Of a DNA stretch of 64,000 nucleotides, positions 49,001-56,981 are shown one piece after another; the first letter of the stretch is position 1; every line of letters starts with the position of its first letter. Source of the DNA: Candidatus Parcubacteria bacterium (GTDB taxonomy: Bacteria > Patescibacteriota > Minisyncoccia > Phycocordibacterales > JAKFXT01). Below the pieces are notes generated by a model. That model worked only from the letters and a program-made list of their open reading frames with translations, was not told where the DNA came from and made no database searches. The stretch spans positions 254,456-318,455 of the forward strand of contig JAIOOV010000004.1 of NCBI GenBank assembly GCA_021414235.1, read 5' to 3'. Both the position numbers and the translations under genes were made by a program.

Positions 49001-52000
49001 CGACGACTCCGAGCGGTACCACTACTGTCACCCAGGGTGCTTCTGTCTCTTTCGCTCTGACTCCGAATGCAGGAAATACTCTCAATCAGATTCTCATCGA
49101 TGGTGTAGCGGTTGCAACCTCGAGTGTCTACACATTCACGAACGTACAGGCGACGCACACCCTCGAAGCGATTTACTCCACGAGCGGCGTTGCCTCATAC
49201 CAGATCGTCGCCACTTCTACTGGTAACGGGGGAGTGAGCCCGGCTGCCACTTCCACTGTCTCTCAGGGATCTAACTTCTCTGTGACGGTGACTGCAAACT
49301 CTGGTAACGAGATTTCTTCCATCCTTGTTGATGGCGTTTCCTATGCAACGACCTCGCCGACTTCGACGGTGGTTTCCTTCTCTGACGTTCAGGCGAACCA
49401 CACTGTAGGTGTGACCTTCGCAGCCATCACTGGCGCTCCGACTTTCCCGATCGTAGTCACCTCGACTGGTAATGGTACGGCGACTCCATCTGGCACCTCT
49501 ACTATCAGCCAGGGTGCTTCTGCTTCTTTTAATCTCACCCCGAACGCAGGCAACACCCTCACCCAGCTCCTCATTGATGGTGCCTCTGTCGCTACGACTT
49601 CGGTATATACGTTCAGCAACGTAACTGCTTCCCATACCCTTGAGGCCATCTACTCCACGACGGGTGCAGTGAGCTTCCAGATAGTGGCAACTTCGACTGG
49701 TTATGGCACGACTACACCTGCGGCGACTTCTACTGTCTCTCAGGGTTCTAGCTTCTCCGTCACGGTGACGGCGAACGCTGGTCAGGAAATCGCTTCTCTT
49801 CTTGTGGATGGAGCTGCATACGCCACCACCTCTCCGACTTCCACTATTGTGACCTTCACTAATGTGCAGGCTGACCACACGGTAGGTGCTACGTTCCAGA
49901 CTGCCGCTGATGCACTCTCGTTCCCGATCATCATCACTTCGACCGGTAACGGCACAACGACTCCCTCGGGCACCTCTACGGTTGCTCAGGGTACTTCGGC
50001 TTCCTTTGCTCTCACTCCGAACGCAGGTAACACGCTGACTCAGCTTGTCGTTGATAATGTGTCTGTACCGACGACTTCTCTCTATACGTTCACCAACGTC
50101 CAGGCAACGCATACTCTCCACGCGATCTACTCTTCGACGGGAGCCGCGAACTTCCAGGTCGTAGCCATCTCGACTGGCAATGGTTCTGTATCACCGGCCG
50201 CGACTTCTACAGTGAGCCAGGGTTCCAGCTTCTCCGTCACTGTGACCGCTAACAGCGGCAACGAGATCGCCTCGATTCTCGTTGATGGTGCCCTCGTTGC
50301 GACGACCTCGGCTACCACTACGACCATCACCTTCACTAATGTGCAGGCTGACCACACGGTTGGTGCTACGTTCCAGGGTGTCGTCGGAGCGCCGACGTAT
50401 CCCATCACGGTAACCTCGGCAGGGAACGGCACCACTACTCCGTCTGGCACGACGACTGTGGCAGAGGGGAGTGCGGCCTCTTTCACTCTGACTCCGAACG
50501 CGGGTAATACCATTGATCAGCTCTTGATCGACGGTGTTTCCGTGGCGACCACCACTCTCTATACCTTCTCTAATGTCACCGCCTCCCATACTGTTCATGC
50601 GATCTACTCTTCGACCGGCGCCTCTTCCTTCCAGGTTGTGGCCACTTCGACTGGAAGCGGCAGCGTAAGTCCGTCTGCCACCAGCACGGTTTCGCAGGGT
50701 GCATCCCAGTCTGTGGTCATCACCGCCAATGTGGGCAACGAAATCGCCTCCATCCTCGTGGATGGTGCAGCAGTTGCTACCACTTCTGCTACCACCACTA
50801 CGGTGACCTTCACGAACGTACAGGCTGACCATACGGTGGGCGTGACCTTCGCACCCATCTCCGGGGCTCCTACCTACGCTATTCTTGTGACTTCTACCGG
50901 CAACGGAACCTCGACTCCGTCTGGTACCACTACCGTGACTCAGGGTGCGTCCGCCTCTTTCAATCTCACCCCGAACGCTGGTAACACCCTCACCCAGCTC
51001 CTCATTGATGGAGCGGCGGTTGCCACCACCTCTCTCTATACCTTCTCCAGCGTAACGGCCTCTCATACCCTCGAAGCGATTTACTCTTCGACGGGCGTTG
51101 CGAACTTCCAGCTTGTCGCTACCTCCACGGGTAATGGCTCGGTGACTCCGTCTGCTACCACCACGGTTTCGCAGGGTACGACTCAGACCGTTACAATTAC
51201 TGCGAATAGCGGTAATGAGATCGCTTCCATCCTTGTGGATGGCGTGACCTACGCCACCACGTCTCCGACTTCTACGGTCGTGGCCTTTGCTGATGTCCAG
51301 GCGAATCACACGGTGGGTGTGGTGTTTGCTCCGGCTGCGAGTGCGCTCGCGTTTCCGATCACTGTCACCTCGACGGGGAACGGCACCACTACACCTTCTG
51401 GTACGACGACCGTAACCCAGGGTGGATCCGCAACCTTCACCATCTCTCCTAACGTCGGAAATACCATCCAGTCTGTCACGGTGAACGGCTCGGTCATCGC
51501 CACGACCACTTCCTATACCTTCTCTAATGTCCAGGCGACGGGTACACTCGCGGTCGTCTTTGCGACGATCAGTGGCGCGCCTTCCTTCGATATCGTAGCG
51601 ACTTCCTCTGTAAACGGTTCCGTAAGTCCTACCGGCACGACTACGCTCGCACAGGGCGGCAGCCAGACCTATGTCTTCACTCCGGATTCCGGATATATGG
51701 TGACGGGTCTCATGGTGGATGGGGGAGCGGTCTCCACTTCGACTTCGTATACCTTCTCTGATGTGCAGGCAGGTCACACCCTCTCCGTGACCTTCGGTCT
51801 TGCCCCTGATTTCAGTCTTCCTTCCACGCCGAACATCGTCTCTTCTTCGCATGCGACCGCCACTCTCTCGAATGTCGCGTCCATCTCCGTGACCTGGTCT
51901 GATGCGACGGATGTAGGCTCCGGTATCGCCGGCTATTCCTATATCTTCGACACCGCGAGCACGACAGTACCAGATGACATCGTGGATATTGCTGCGACCA

Positions 52001-54285
52001 CCACTTCTACTTCCACTCTTGCGTACGGCACCTACTACTTCCACGTGAAGGCGATCGATGCTTCTGGAAATGTCTCTACGACGACCCACTACGGACCGAT
52101 CGTGACCTCGAATGCGGATGTCTTCATCGTGAATTCGACTCTTGGCGGCATCTACTACGATTTCTATGCGCCGACTCTCGCAAGTTCGACTGCAGCGTCC
52201 ACTACCGGCAGCACCCGCATCACGGATTCCACTCTCACCACCTGGTGGCAGATTGCGAGCTCCTCGCTCTATGGCGTGACGCTCGACAATGCTGAGCTGA
52301 CCCTTACGAACGCGACCAGCTCGTCCATCACCAATTCCATACTCACGAGCTGTTCCGTGATCAATTCCACGGTCAAGAACTACATGGGCTCGAACTGCAC
52401 CATCAGCAATTCCATCGTCGACCCTCCGTCAGGCTTCAACAATCTCACTGGCTCCACGGTGACCAATTCGCCGGTGTATGCCTCGGACGTCCTCTACTCG
52501 AACGTGACCGATTCCTCGGTCTCTACTTCGACGGTGACTAACTCGACCCTTACGAACGCCACGACTACGTTCTCGAGCATCGCTACTTCCACGGTGACGA
52601 ACAGCACTTTCGCGACAGCGACTTCGACCAACAGCACGATCACCGGCGCAACTCTCGCTGATGCGAATGTGGCTACCTCGACCGTCTCTAACGCGAACGT
52701 AGCTACGAGCACCATTGCTCTCTCCACTATTTCCGGAGGCTCCGTCTCGAGCTCTACGGTTTCCTCTGTCTCTGCGACTAACAGCACTATCGCAAGCTCC
52801 ACGCTCTCGAATGCGACGACGACCTCTTCGACTCTCACGAACGTCGAAGTGACGAACGGCACGACTACGGGCAGCACCATTACTGGCGGCACTCTCTCCA
52901 ATGCATCCGTCTCTTCTTCTACTCTGACTGATGCGGTTATCAACAACGGAAGTACGACCAACAGCACGATCACTGGTGGCTCAGTAACGAACGCATCCGT
53001 CTCTTCTTCGACCATCTCGAATACCACGGTTGCTACCTCCACTCTGACTAACGTGACTCTGGCTTCCACCACAGTGACCAATTCGACCATGTCGAGTTCC
53101 ACGCTCTCGGATGCGACCGTTACAGACTCGACTCTCTCGAACGTGACCATCATCGGCACGGGCTCCGTGATCACCAACTCCAACCTGGCCTCGACCACGG
53201 TCTCTAACGCGGTCATCATCGATGGCGTCATGAGTTCTGGTACCATCACGCTTCCGTCGGGAGCTACGACTACCATCACGAGCTCTACCTCGCTTACGAA
53301 CCTGGTCAACTACGCTCCGGCCGCAGGCTTCACTGCTTCCGCAAGTGACCTCACGGGCACGTTTACGGATACGAGCACTGACTCGAACTCTGGCACTTCT
53401 CTCGGGGATAGCTGGACGTATGTCTGGAGCTTCGGCGACGGCTCCTACGCGACTACCTCAAACTCTGCCTCTCTCGGTCAGAACAAGAGTCATGCGTACG
53501 CTTCTGCAGGAACTTACACTGTCCTCCTCACGCTCACTGATGCATACGGCGGCGTGTCTACTTCCTCGGCTTCCGTCACGGTCACTGCTCCAGTGGTGGT
53601 CACGCCCGCTCCTTCAGGCGGTGGTGGCGGCGGGGGCAATCCTTCCGGCAACCTCGGGGCATACTTCAATCCGAACTTCGTAAATCCGAACGCTCCGGTA
53701 GTCCCTGTTGTGCCACCGGTGACCCCTGTGACTCCGTCTGTTCCCGCTGTTCCTCCCATCATTGTCACTCCCGGACTCACTCCTGATGTCTTCACTCGCA
53801 CTCTCAAGGTCGGCACCCGCGGCGAGGATGTCACCATCCTCCAGAGGCAGCTGATCCGTGAGGGCGTGTATGCAGGCCCGGTGACCGGCTACTTCGGAGC
53901 CCTCACGCAGGCGGCTGTGCGCCGCTACCAGCTGAAGCAGGCTATCCCTGTCATCGGCATCGTGGACTTCCTCACCCGCAGCATTCTCAACGAAGCCATT
54001 GCTCTTGAGGGCCTTCCGACCGGGAATCCCGTCATTGTCACTCCAGTTGCTCCGACGCCTGTAGAACCCAAGCCGGCAGCACCGGTCACTCCTAAGGCTC
54101 CGACGATACCTTCGAAGCCGCTTGCTCCTGCCGCACCGGTCACTCCTCCTGTGGTAGCGAAGCCTTCCGTTCCGCCTACCTCTGCTTCCATCTTTGAGGG
54201 AGTGAAGAGCGGCGCTTCGTCTCTCTTCAAGAAGGTGAAGGATGCCAAGACTCGCTTCGACAATCTCTTCATCATCGAACCGTAA
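43033..54285 (+). CDS. Giant surface/adhesin protein (~3750 aa): 34 InlB-B/Ig-like repeats, FN3-like, S/T beta-solenoid-like, PKD, PG-binding
   Basis: Uninterrupted ORF; repeats with VDG...YTF.NV...HT; WSFGDG/H.Y...GTY PKD; G.RGEDV..LQ/GYFG.LT PG-binding. Confidence 0.9.
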   Translation: MEHPLFKGSFGTSYNHIASAKNFFKGFVFAVFVLTAFSPFSTLAEASVVLEKSEIVASQSTSVGAQISHVFETIYAGISTVGSDLLDVLEVPAAAAGVKLILIVAMLLSALAGFEKMLALLKGFGQAVRGRNRSLLVPVLKVALIMIVVFANVGVVPALFPAVAVQVAHADDDFAPPPPPPPPPPPPPPVEVCTDPTATNYNGSLPCTYPPTTCTDSAANNFGGALPCTYNPPPATSFTISASASGLGSISPSGSVSVTQGSAQTFTFTPNAGHEVSSVMVNGAAVATSTSYTFSNVQANGTIAVTFAATPGAPTFPVVASVSGFGTITPSGTTSVALGTSQSYTFAASASSTLTDVLVDGVSVGAVSTYSFSDVAATHTISAIFSSYVITVSSSGNGSANPTGSVYVANGASETINFLPNAGNTVSSLIVDGLATATSTSYTFSNVTQDHTLAVTFAPGSSAASFQVVATSTGNGSISPSATTSVTQGATQSVTITANSGNEIASILVDGAAFATTSATTTTVTFSNIQANHSVGATFQVIPGAATFPITVTSSGNGTTTPSGITTVSQGATASFALTPNAGNTLSQLLVDGVSVATTSVYTFNNVTASHTLAAIYSSTGAATFSIVATSTGNGSVTPAATTTVSQGGSQSVVITANSGNEIASILVDGAVVATTSATTTTISFSNVQADHTVGVTFAPIAGVATFPIIVTSTGNGTTTPSGTTTVAQGSSASFTLTPNAGNTLNFLLIDGAAVATTSLYTFNNVQATHTLEAVYSTSGAASYQIVATSTGNGSVNPSATTTVSQGATQSVVITANSGNEISSILVDGAMYATTSATTTTVTFSDVQANHTVGATFAPIVGAPTYSIYVSSTGNGTTTPSGTSTISQGSSASFTLTPNAGNTLTQLLIDGASVATTSVYTFSNVTASHTLEAIYSSTGATSFQVVATSTGNGSVSPSATSTVAQGASISVTVTANAGNEIASILVDGATVATTSATSTTITFADVQANHTVGATFQLAAGAPVFPITVTSSGNGTTTPSGTSTISQGSSASFTLTPNAGNVLNQLLVDGVSVATTSVYAFNNVNATHTLHAIYSSTGASTFSIIATSTGNGGVSPAATSTVSQGSAFSVTVTANVGNEIASLLVDGVSYATTSPTSTVVTFSDIQADHTVGVTFQTAVGAPTFLIVVTSTGNGTTTPSGTTTVTQGASSSFTLTPNAGNTLTQLLIDGASVATTSVYTFSNVTASHTLEAIYSTGGGTTFQVVATSTGNGSVTPAATTTVSQGSSQSIVITANSGNEIASILVDGVSVATTSATTTTIMFADIQANHTVGVTFAAIAGAPTYAISVTSAGNGTTTLSGTSTVSQGSSASFTLTPNAGNTLSQLLVDGVSVATTSIYTFSNVTASHTLHAVYSSTGLATFSVIATSTAGGSVTPSATSTVSQGSNFSVTVTANNGNEIASLLVDGAVVATTSATTTTVTFSNVQANHTVGVVFQPLVGAPTYPITVTSAGNGTTTPSGTTIVTQGGSATFTLTPNAGNVLSQLLVDGSSVATTSAYTFSDVTATHTLHAIYSSTGAANFQIVATSTGNGSVTPSATSAVSQGSAFSVTVTANAGNEIASILVDGALVATTSATTTTINFTNVQANHTVGATFQVITGASTYPITVTSAGNGTTTPSGTSTIAQGSSASFILTPNAGNTLDQLLIDGVAVATTTLYTFNNVNATHTLHAIYSSTGLTSFQIVATSTGNGSVTPAATTTVSQGSSQSVVITANAGNEITSILVDGAAFATTSATTTTVTFADVQANHTLGVVFAAAPSAVTFPITVTSTGNGAATPSGTTAVLQGNSFSVTLMPNAGNTLDSLLVDGVSVATTSVYTFTNVQATHTLQAIYSATGATSFQVVATSTGNGSVSPSATTTVSQGASQSVIITANAGNEITSILVDGASYATTSATTTTVTFANMQANHTVGVVFAPAVPVVSFPITITSTGNGTTTPSGTTTVTQGASVSFALTPNAGNTLNQILIDGVAVATSSVYTFTNVQATHTLEAIYSTSGVASYQIVATSTGNGGVSPAATSTVSQGSNFSVTVTANSGNEISSILVDGVSYATTSPTSTVVSFSDVQANHTVGVTFAAITGAPTFPIVVTSTGNGTATPSGTSTISQGASASFNLTPNAGNTLTQLLIDGASVATTSVYTFSNVTASHTLEAIYSTTGAVSFQIVATSTGYGTTTPAATSTVSQGSSFSVTVTANAGQEIASLLVDGAAYATTSPTSTIVTFTNVQADHTVGATFQTAADALSFPIIITSTGNGTTTPSGTSTVAQGTSASFALTPNAGNTLTQLVVDNVSVPTTSLYTFTNVQATHTLHAIYSSTGAANFQVVAISTGNGSVSPAATSTVSQGSSFSVTVTANSGNEIASILVDGALVATTSATTTTITFTNVQADHTVGATFQGVVGAPTYPITVTSAGNGTTTPSGTTTVAEGSAASFTLTPNAGNTIDQLLIDGVSVATTTLYTFSNVTASHTVHAIYSSTGASSFQVVATSTGSGSVSPSATSTVSQGASQSVVITANVGNEIASILVDGAAVATTSATTTTVTFTNVQADHTVGVTFAPISGAPTYAILVTSTGNGTSTPSGTTTVTQGASASFNLTPNAGNTLTQLLIDGAAVATTSLYTFSSVTASHTLEAIYSSTGVANFQLVATSTGNGSVTPSATTTVSQGTTQTVTITANSGNEIASILVDGVTYATTSPTSTVVAFADVQANHTVGVVFAPAASALAFPITVTSTGNGTTTPSGTTTVTQGGSATFTISPNVGNTIQSVTVNGSVIATTTSYTFSNVQATGTLAVVFATISGAPSFDIVATSSVNGSVSPTGTTTLAQGGSQTYVFTPDSGYMVTGLMVDGGAVSTSTSYTFSDVQAGHTLSVTFGLAPDFSLPSTPNIVSSSHATATLSNVASISVTWSDATDVGSGIAGYSYIFDTASTTVPDDIVDIAATTTSTSTLAYGTYYFHVKAIDASGNVSTTTHYGPIVTSNADVFIVNSTLGGIYYDFYAPTLASSTAASTTGSTRITDSTLTTWWQIASSSLYGVTLDNAELTLTNATSSSITNSILTSCSVINSTVKNYMGSNCTISNSIVDPPSGFNNLTGSTVTNSPVYASDVLYSNVTDSSVSTSTVTNSTLTNATTTFSSIATSTVTNSTFATATSTNSTITGATLADANVATSTVSNANVATSTIALSTISGGSVSSSTVSSVSATNSTIASSTLSNATTTSSTLTNVEVTNGTTTGSTITGGTLSNASVSSSTLTDAVINNGSTTNSTITGGSVTNASVSSSTISNTTVATSTLTNVTLASTTVTNSTMSSSTLSDATVTDSTLSNVTIIGTGSVITNSNLASTTVSNAVIIDGVMSSGTITLPSGATTTITSSTSLTNLVNYAPAAGFTASASDLTGTFTDTSTDSNSGTSLGDSWTYVWSFGDGSYATTSNSASLGQNKSHAYASAGTYTVLLTLTDAYGGVSTSSASVTVTAPVVVTPAPSGGGGGGGNPSGNLGAYFNPNFVNPNAPVVPVVPPVTPVTPSVPAVPPIIVTPGLTPDVFTRTLKVGTRGEDVTILQRQLIREGVYAGPVTGYFGALTQAAVRRYQLKQAIPVIGIVDFLTRSILNEAIALEGLPTGNPVIVTPVAPTPVEPKPAAPVTPKAPTIPSKPLAPAAPVTPPVVAKPSVPPTSASIFEGVKSGASSLFKKVKDAKTRFDNLFIIEP
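44425..51582 (+). repeat. 15 tandem 477-bp units (82-aa A + 77-aa B domains)
   Basis: Counted in the translation; period confirmed by antisense ORFs at 46788/47265/47742/48219. Confidence 0.9.
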
Positions 54286-54290
54286 TCAAA

Positions 54291-54327
54291 AAGAAAAAGC
54301 CCCGCGCACTGCGCGGGGCTTTTTCTT
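54291..54327. repeat. 37-bp palindromic terminator element, copy 1
   Basis: AAGAAAAAGCCCCGCGCACTGCGCGGGGCTTTTTCTT; exact reverse complement at 60163-60199. Confidence 0.85.
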
Positions 54328-54332
54328 TTCAG

Positions 54333-55019
54333 TTACTTTATCAACGTCTCCACGACCTCCTTCATGTCTGCGTAGGGAAGCGCTCCTTCAAGCGGGATCT
54401 TGTCACCGTTCTTGGTGAGGATCACACTGTAGGGCGTACCACGGGTTCCTGCGGAGATTCCATCCGCATGGTCAGCGTCCACCTTGGCTTTGGTGCGGCG
54501 CTCGCTAGTGCACTTGGCGAAGGCGGCTGCGTCGAGGCCAGCATATGCGGCGATCTTGGGGAGTTCCGCGGCGTCCAAGCCGTCATTTGAGGGGGTGATT
54601 TCGTAGAGGCGATCAGCGTACTTCCAGAAGGCAGTATTGCCTCCGAGCTCGGCGGCGCATTCGATGGCTTCGGCTTCCGCCTGGGCTTTAGTGTGAAGTT
54701 CTGGGATGGGGAAGTGGCGATACACCCAAGCGACGGATCCGTTCGCTCCGTACTCGCTCATGATGCGCTTCATGGTGGCATGGAAGCTCTTACAGAACGG
54801 ACACTCGGGGTCGGAATATTCTACGATCACTACCTTGGCATCCGGGTTTCCGAGGATGTGCTCATTCGCGCTGACTGCGCGAAGAGATATCTCCTGAGGA
54901 GTGCCCGGGGTCACTCCGGTAGAAGGAGTGCTGCGGGTGTAGAGGACAGAACCGGCGATGAGGACGCCGGCAAGCACGATGGCGATGGGGATTCCGAGCG
55001 AACTTTTAGTCTCTGGCAT
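54333..55019 (-). CDS. DsbA-family thioredoxin-fold protein
   Basis: TM anchor, EYSDPECPFC, YRHFP, GTP. Confidence 0.9.
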   Translation of the reverse strand: MPETKSSLGIPIAIVLAGVLIAGSVLYTRSTPSTGVTPGTPQEISLRAVSANEHILGNPDAKVVIVEYSDPECPFCKSFHATMKRIMSEYGANGSVAWVYRHFPIPELHTKAQAEAEAIECAAELGGNTAFWKYADRLYEITPSNDGLDAAELPKIAAYAGLDAAAFAKCTSERRTKAKVDADHADGISAGTRGTPYSVILTKNGDKIPLEGALPYADMKEVVETLIK

Positions 55020-55077
55020 AGGGGTCGAAAAGCGATTAATGGACTGCATTATATCATGCGCTATACTGAGCCTAATT

Positions 55078-55554
55078 ATGAAGGATTTACTCAATAAGAA
55101 GGCCCCGGATTTCAATCTGCTTGATCAGGATGGGAAGAAACACAAGCTCTCGGGGTACCGTGGGCAGCCAGTCCTCCTCTATTTCTACCCCAAGGACATG
55201 ACGCCGGGATGTACCATAGAGGCTGAGACATTTCAGGATCGCTCTAAGGAATATGCCAAAGCGGGTATCGTCATCCTCGGGATGAGTCCGGATACGCCGG
55301 AATCTCACAAGAAATTCTGTGATAAGCACAAGCTCTCTTTCACTCTCCTTGCGGACAAGGATCATCTGGTCGCGGAGAAGTATGGCGTTTGGGTAGAGAA
55401 GAGCATGTACGGTAAGAAATACTGGGGTGTGGAGCGTGATTCCTACCTCATCGACAAAGAAGGTAAGGTAGTCGCTCAGTATCAGAAAGTGAAGCCAGAA
55501 GAGCATCCGGAAGAGGTGCTCGCTGATGCCAAGCGTCTCGGGCTTACGAAATAA
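55078..55554 (+). CDS. bcp: Peroxiredoxin Bcp
   Basis: YFYPKDMTPGCT.E. Confidence 0.92.
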   Translation: MKDLLNKKAPDFNLLDQDGKKHKLSGYRGQPVLLYFYPKDMTPGCTIEAETFQDRSKEYAKAGIVILGMSPDTPESHKKFCDKHKLSFTLLADKDHLVAEKYGVWVEKSMYGKKYWGVERDSYLIDKEGKVVAQYQKVKPEEHPEEVLADAKRLGLTK

Positions 55555-55557
55555 TCC

Positions 55558-56361
55558 ATGGATCTCTTTCAAGCGCTGATACTCGGCGTCGTCCAAGGGC
55601 TCACTGAGTTCCTGCCGGTCTCTTCTACGGGCCATCTTATTCTTGCTCGGGATATCCTCGGCATCAATGTGCCCTCAGGCCTTGCGGTGGACGCGGTGCT
55701 GCAGCTTGCCACTATCCTTGCGGTGGGAGTGTATTTTGCGCGCGATCTCTGGCGTCTCTTCCTTACTGGAGCGAAGTGGATCATGCGCCGAGCAGTATCG
55801 GATGAAGATCGTACGCTCCTCCTTGCTGTCATCTACGGCACCATCCCAGCCATCATTATCGGGTTGCTCCTCGAGAGCTATATGGAAACTGTCTTCCGGA
55901 GTGCGGGGCTGGTGGCGCTCATGCTTGTTGTAGGAAGTTTTCTGTTCCTCTTTGCTGAAAGGATCGCTACGCAGGCAGGCGCACTTACGCCCGGGAAGGG
56001 CTTCCTCATCGGTTTGTTTCAATGTCTCGCCCTCATCCCTGGTATGTCGCGCTCCGGCTCCACTATCGCCGGAGGCCTTATCCTCGGGCTTACTCGGGAG
56101 GCGGCCGCTCGCTTCTCCTTCATCCTCTCTTTTCCCATCATCGTAGGCTCTGGAGCCAAGAAATTCCTGGAGCTCTCTAACGAACACCTACTCGGTGCCA
56201 TGGGAGTGCCTCTCCTCATGGGCTCATTCGTTGCCTTCCTCGTGGGGCTCGCGGCGATTCATTTCCTCATCCGCTACCTGCGCACGCACAGCTTGGCCGT
56301 ATTTACGTACTATCGTTTCGCGCTCGCAGCTGCGGTCATCGCGTTTCTCTTTTTCCGCTAA
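55558..56361 (+). CDS. uppP: Undecaprenyl-diphosphatase
   Basis: QGLTEFLPVSSTGH, PGMSRSGST. Confidence 0.95.
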   Translation: MDLFQALILGVVQGLTEFLPVSSTGHLILARDILGINVPSGLAVDAVLQLATILAVGVYFARDLWRLFLTGAKWIMRRAVSDEDRTLLLAVIYGTIPAIIIGLLLESYMETVFRSAGLVALMLVVGSFLFLFAERIATQAGALTPGKGFLIGLFQCLALIPGMSRSGSTIAGGLILGLTREAAARFSFILSFPIIVGSGAKKFLELSNEHLLGAMGVPLLMGSFVAFLVGLAAIHFLIRYLRTHSLAVFTYYRFALAAAVIAFLFFR

Positions 56362-56933
56362 AAGGGGAGGGTATAGGTGAGAGCGTTCTTCTCCTGGTTC
56401 TCCCATTTTGATGCATCGAGCTTTATCTCATTATTCACGCCTCCTTCCCTGAAGAAGAGCTTGTTGTTGGTGCGGGCGTACTCATACACCTCTTTGGTGA
56501 TCTTCACGTCTTCCAGGCAGTATTTGCGGAGGCTGTCCATGTCGCCCTGTTTCCACCAGGTGATGGCTTGGAGTCCGTGTCCGATCTTCTTCTTGCCGAG
56601 GGTGCCTTCGGCGACCTGGTCCAGGCTCATGCGACGACCGTAGTTATTCTTTATCTCCTTGAGGATATCGAGGCTCTTGATGGCAGTGAGGTCGCCGGGA
56701 TAGTATTTGTTAAGCAGTGGAACATCGAAGTGGTCGGAGTTGTAGCCAATGAGCATGTCTGCTTTCTCCAATATCTTCCAGAGCTTAGGAAAATCCGCTT
56801 CAAAGAAGCTCTCGTAGGAGTCGGTCTCTGAATCGTGGATGCAGACGATGGAGATATCAAGGAGAGCAGGGTCGTTGCGGCCGACGTCCTGGAAGAGATT
56901 CTTGGTTTCGATATCGAATACGATCTTGCGCAT
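56358..56933 (-). CDS. RNase H-like (YprB/DnaQ-type) exonuclease domain protein
   Basis: VFDIET, GYN...FD, YC..DV. Confidence 0.8.
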   Translation of the reverse strand: MRKIVFDIETKNLFQDVGRNDPALLDISIVCIHDSETDSYESFFEADFPKLWKILEKADMLIGYNSDHFDVPLLNKYYPGDLTAIKSLDILKEIKNNYGRRMSLDQVAEGTLGKKKIGHGLQAITWWKQGDMDSLRKYCLEDVKITKEVYEYARTNNKLFFREGGVNNEIKLDASKWENQEKNALTYTLPF

Positions 56934-56981
56934 GGAATATTAAAAGAAACACCAGTGTAGCATGAGCTACATTCGTTTGGG

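Noticed and set aside
44425-51582. Possible CRISPR array or DGR template/variable repeats
   Set aside because: Repeats are in-frame protein domains with synonymous variation; no spacers, cas genes, reverse transcriptase or adenine-specific mismatches seen.
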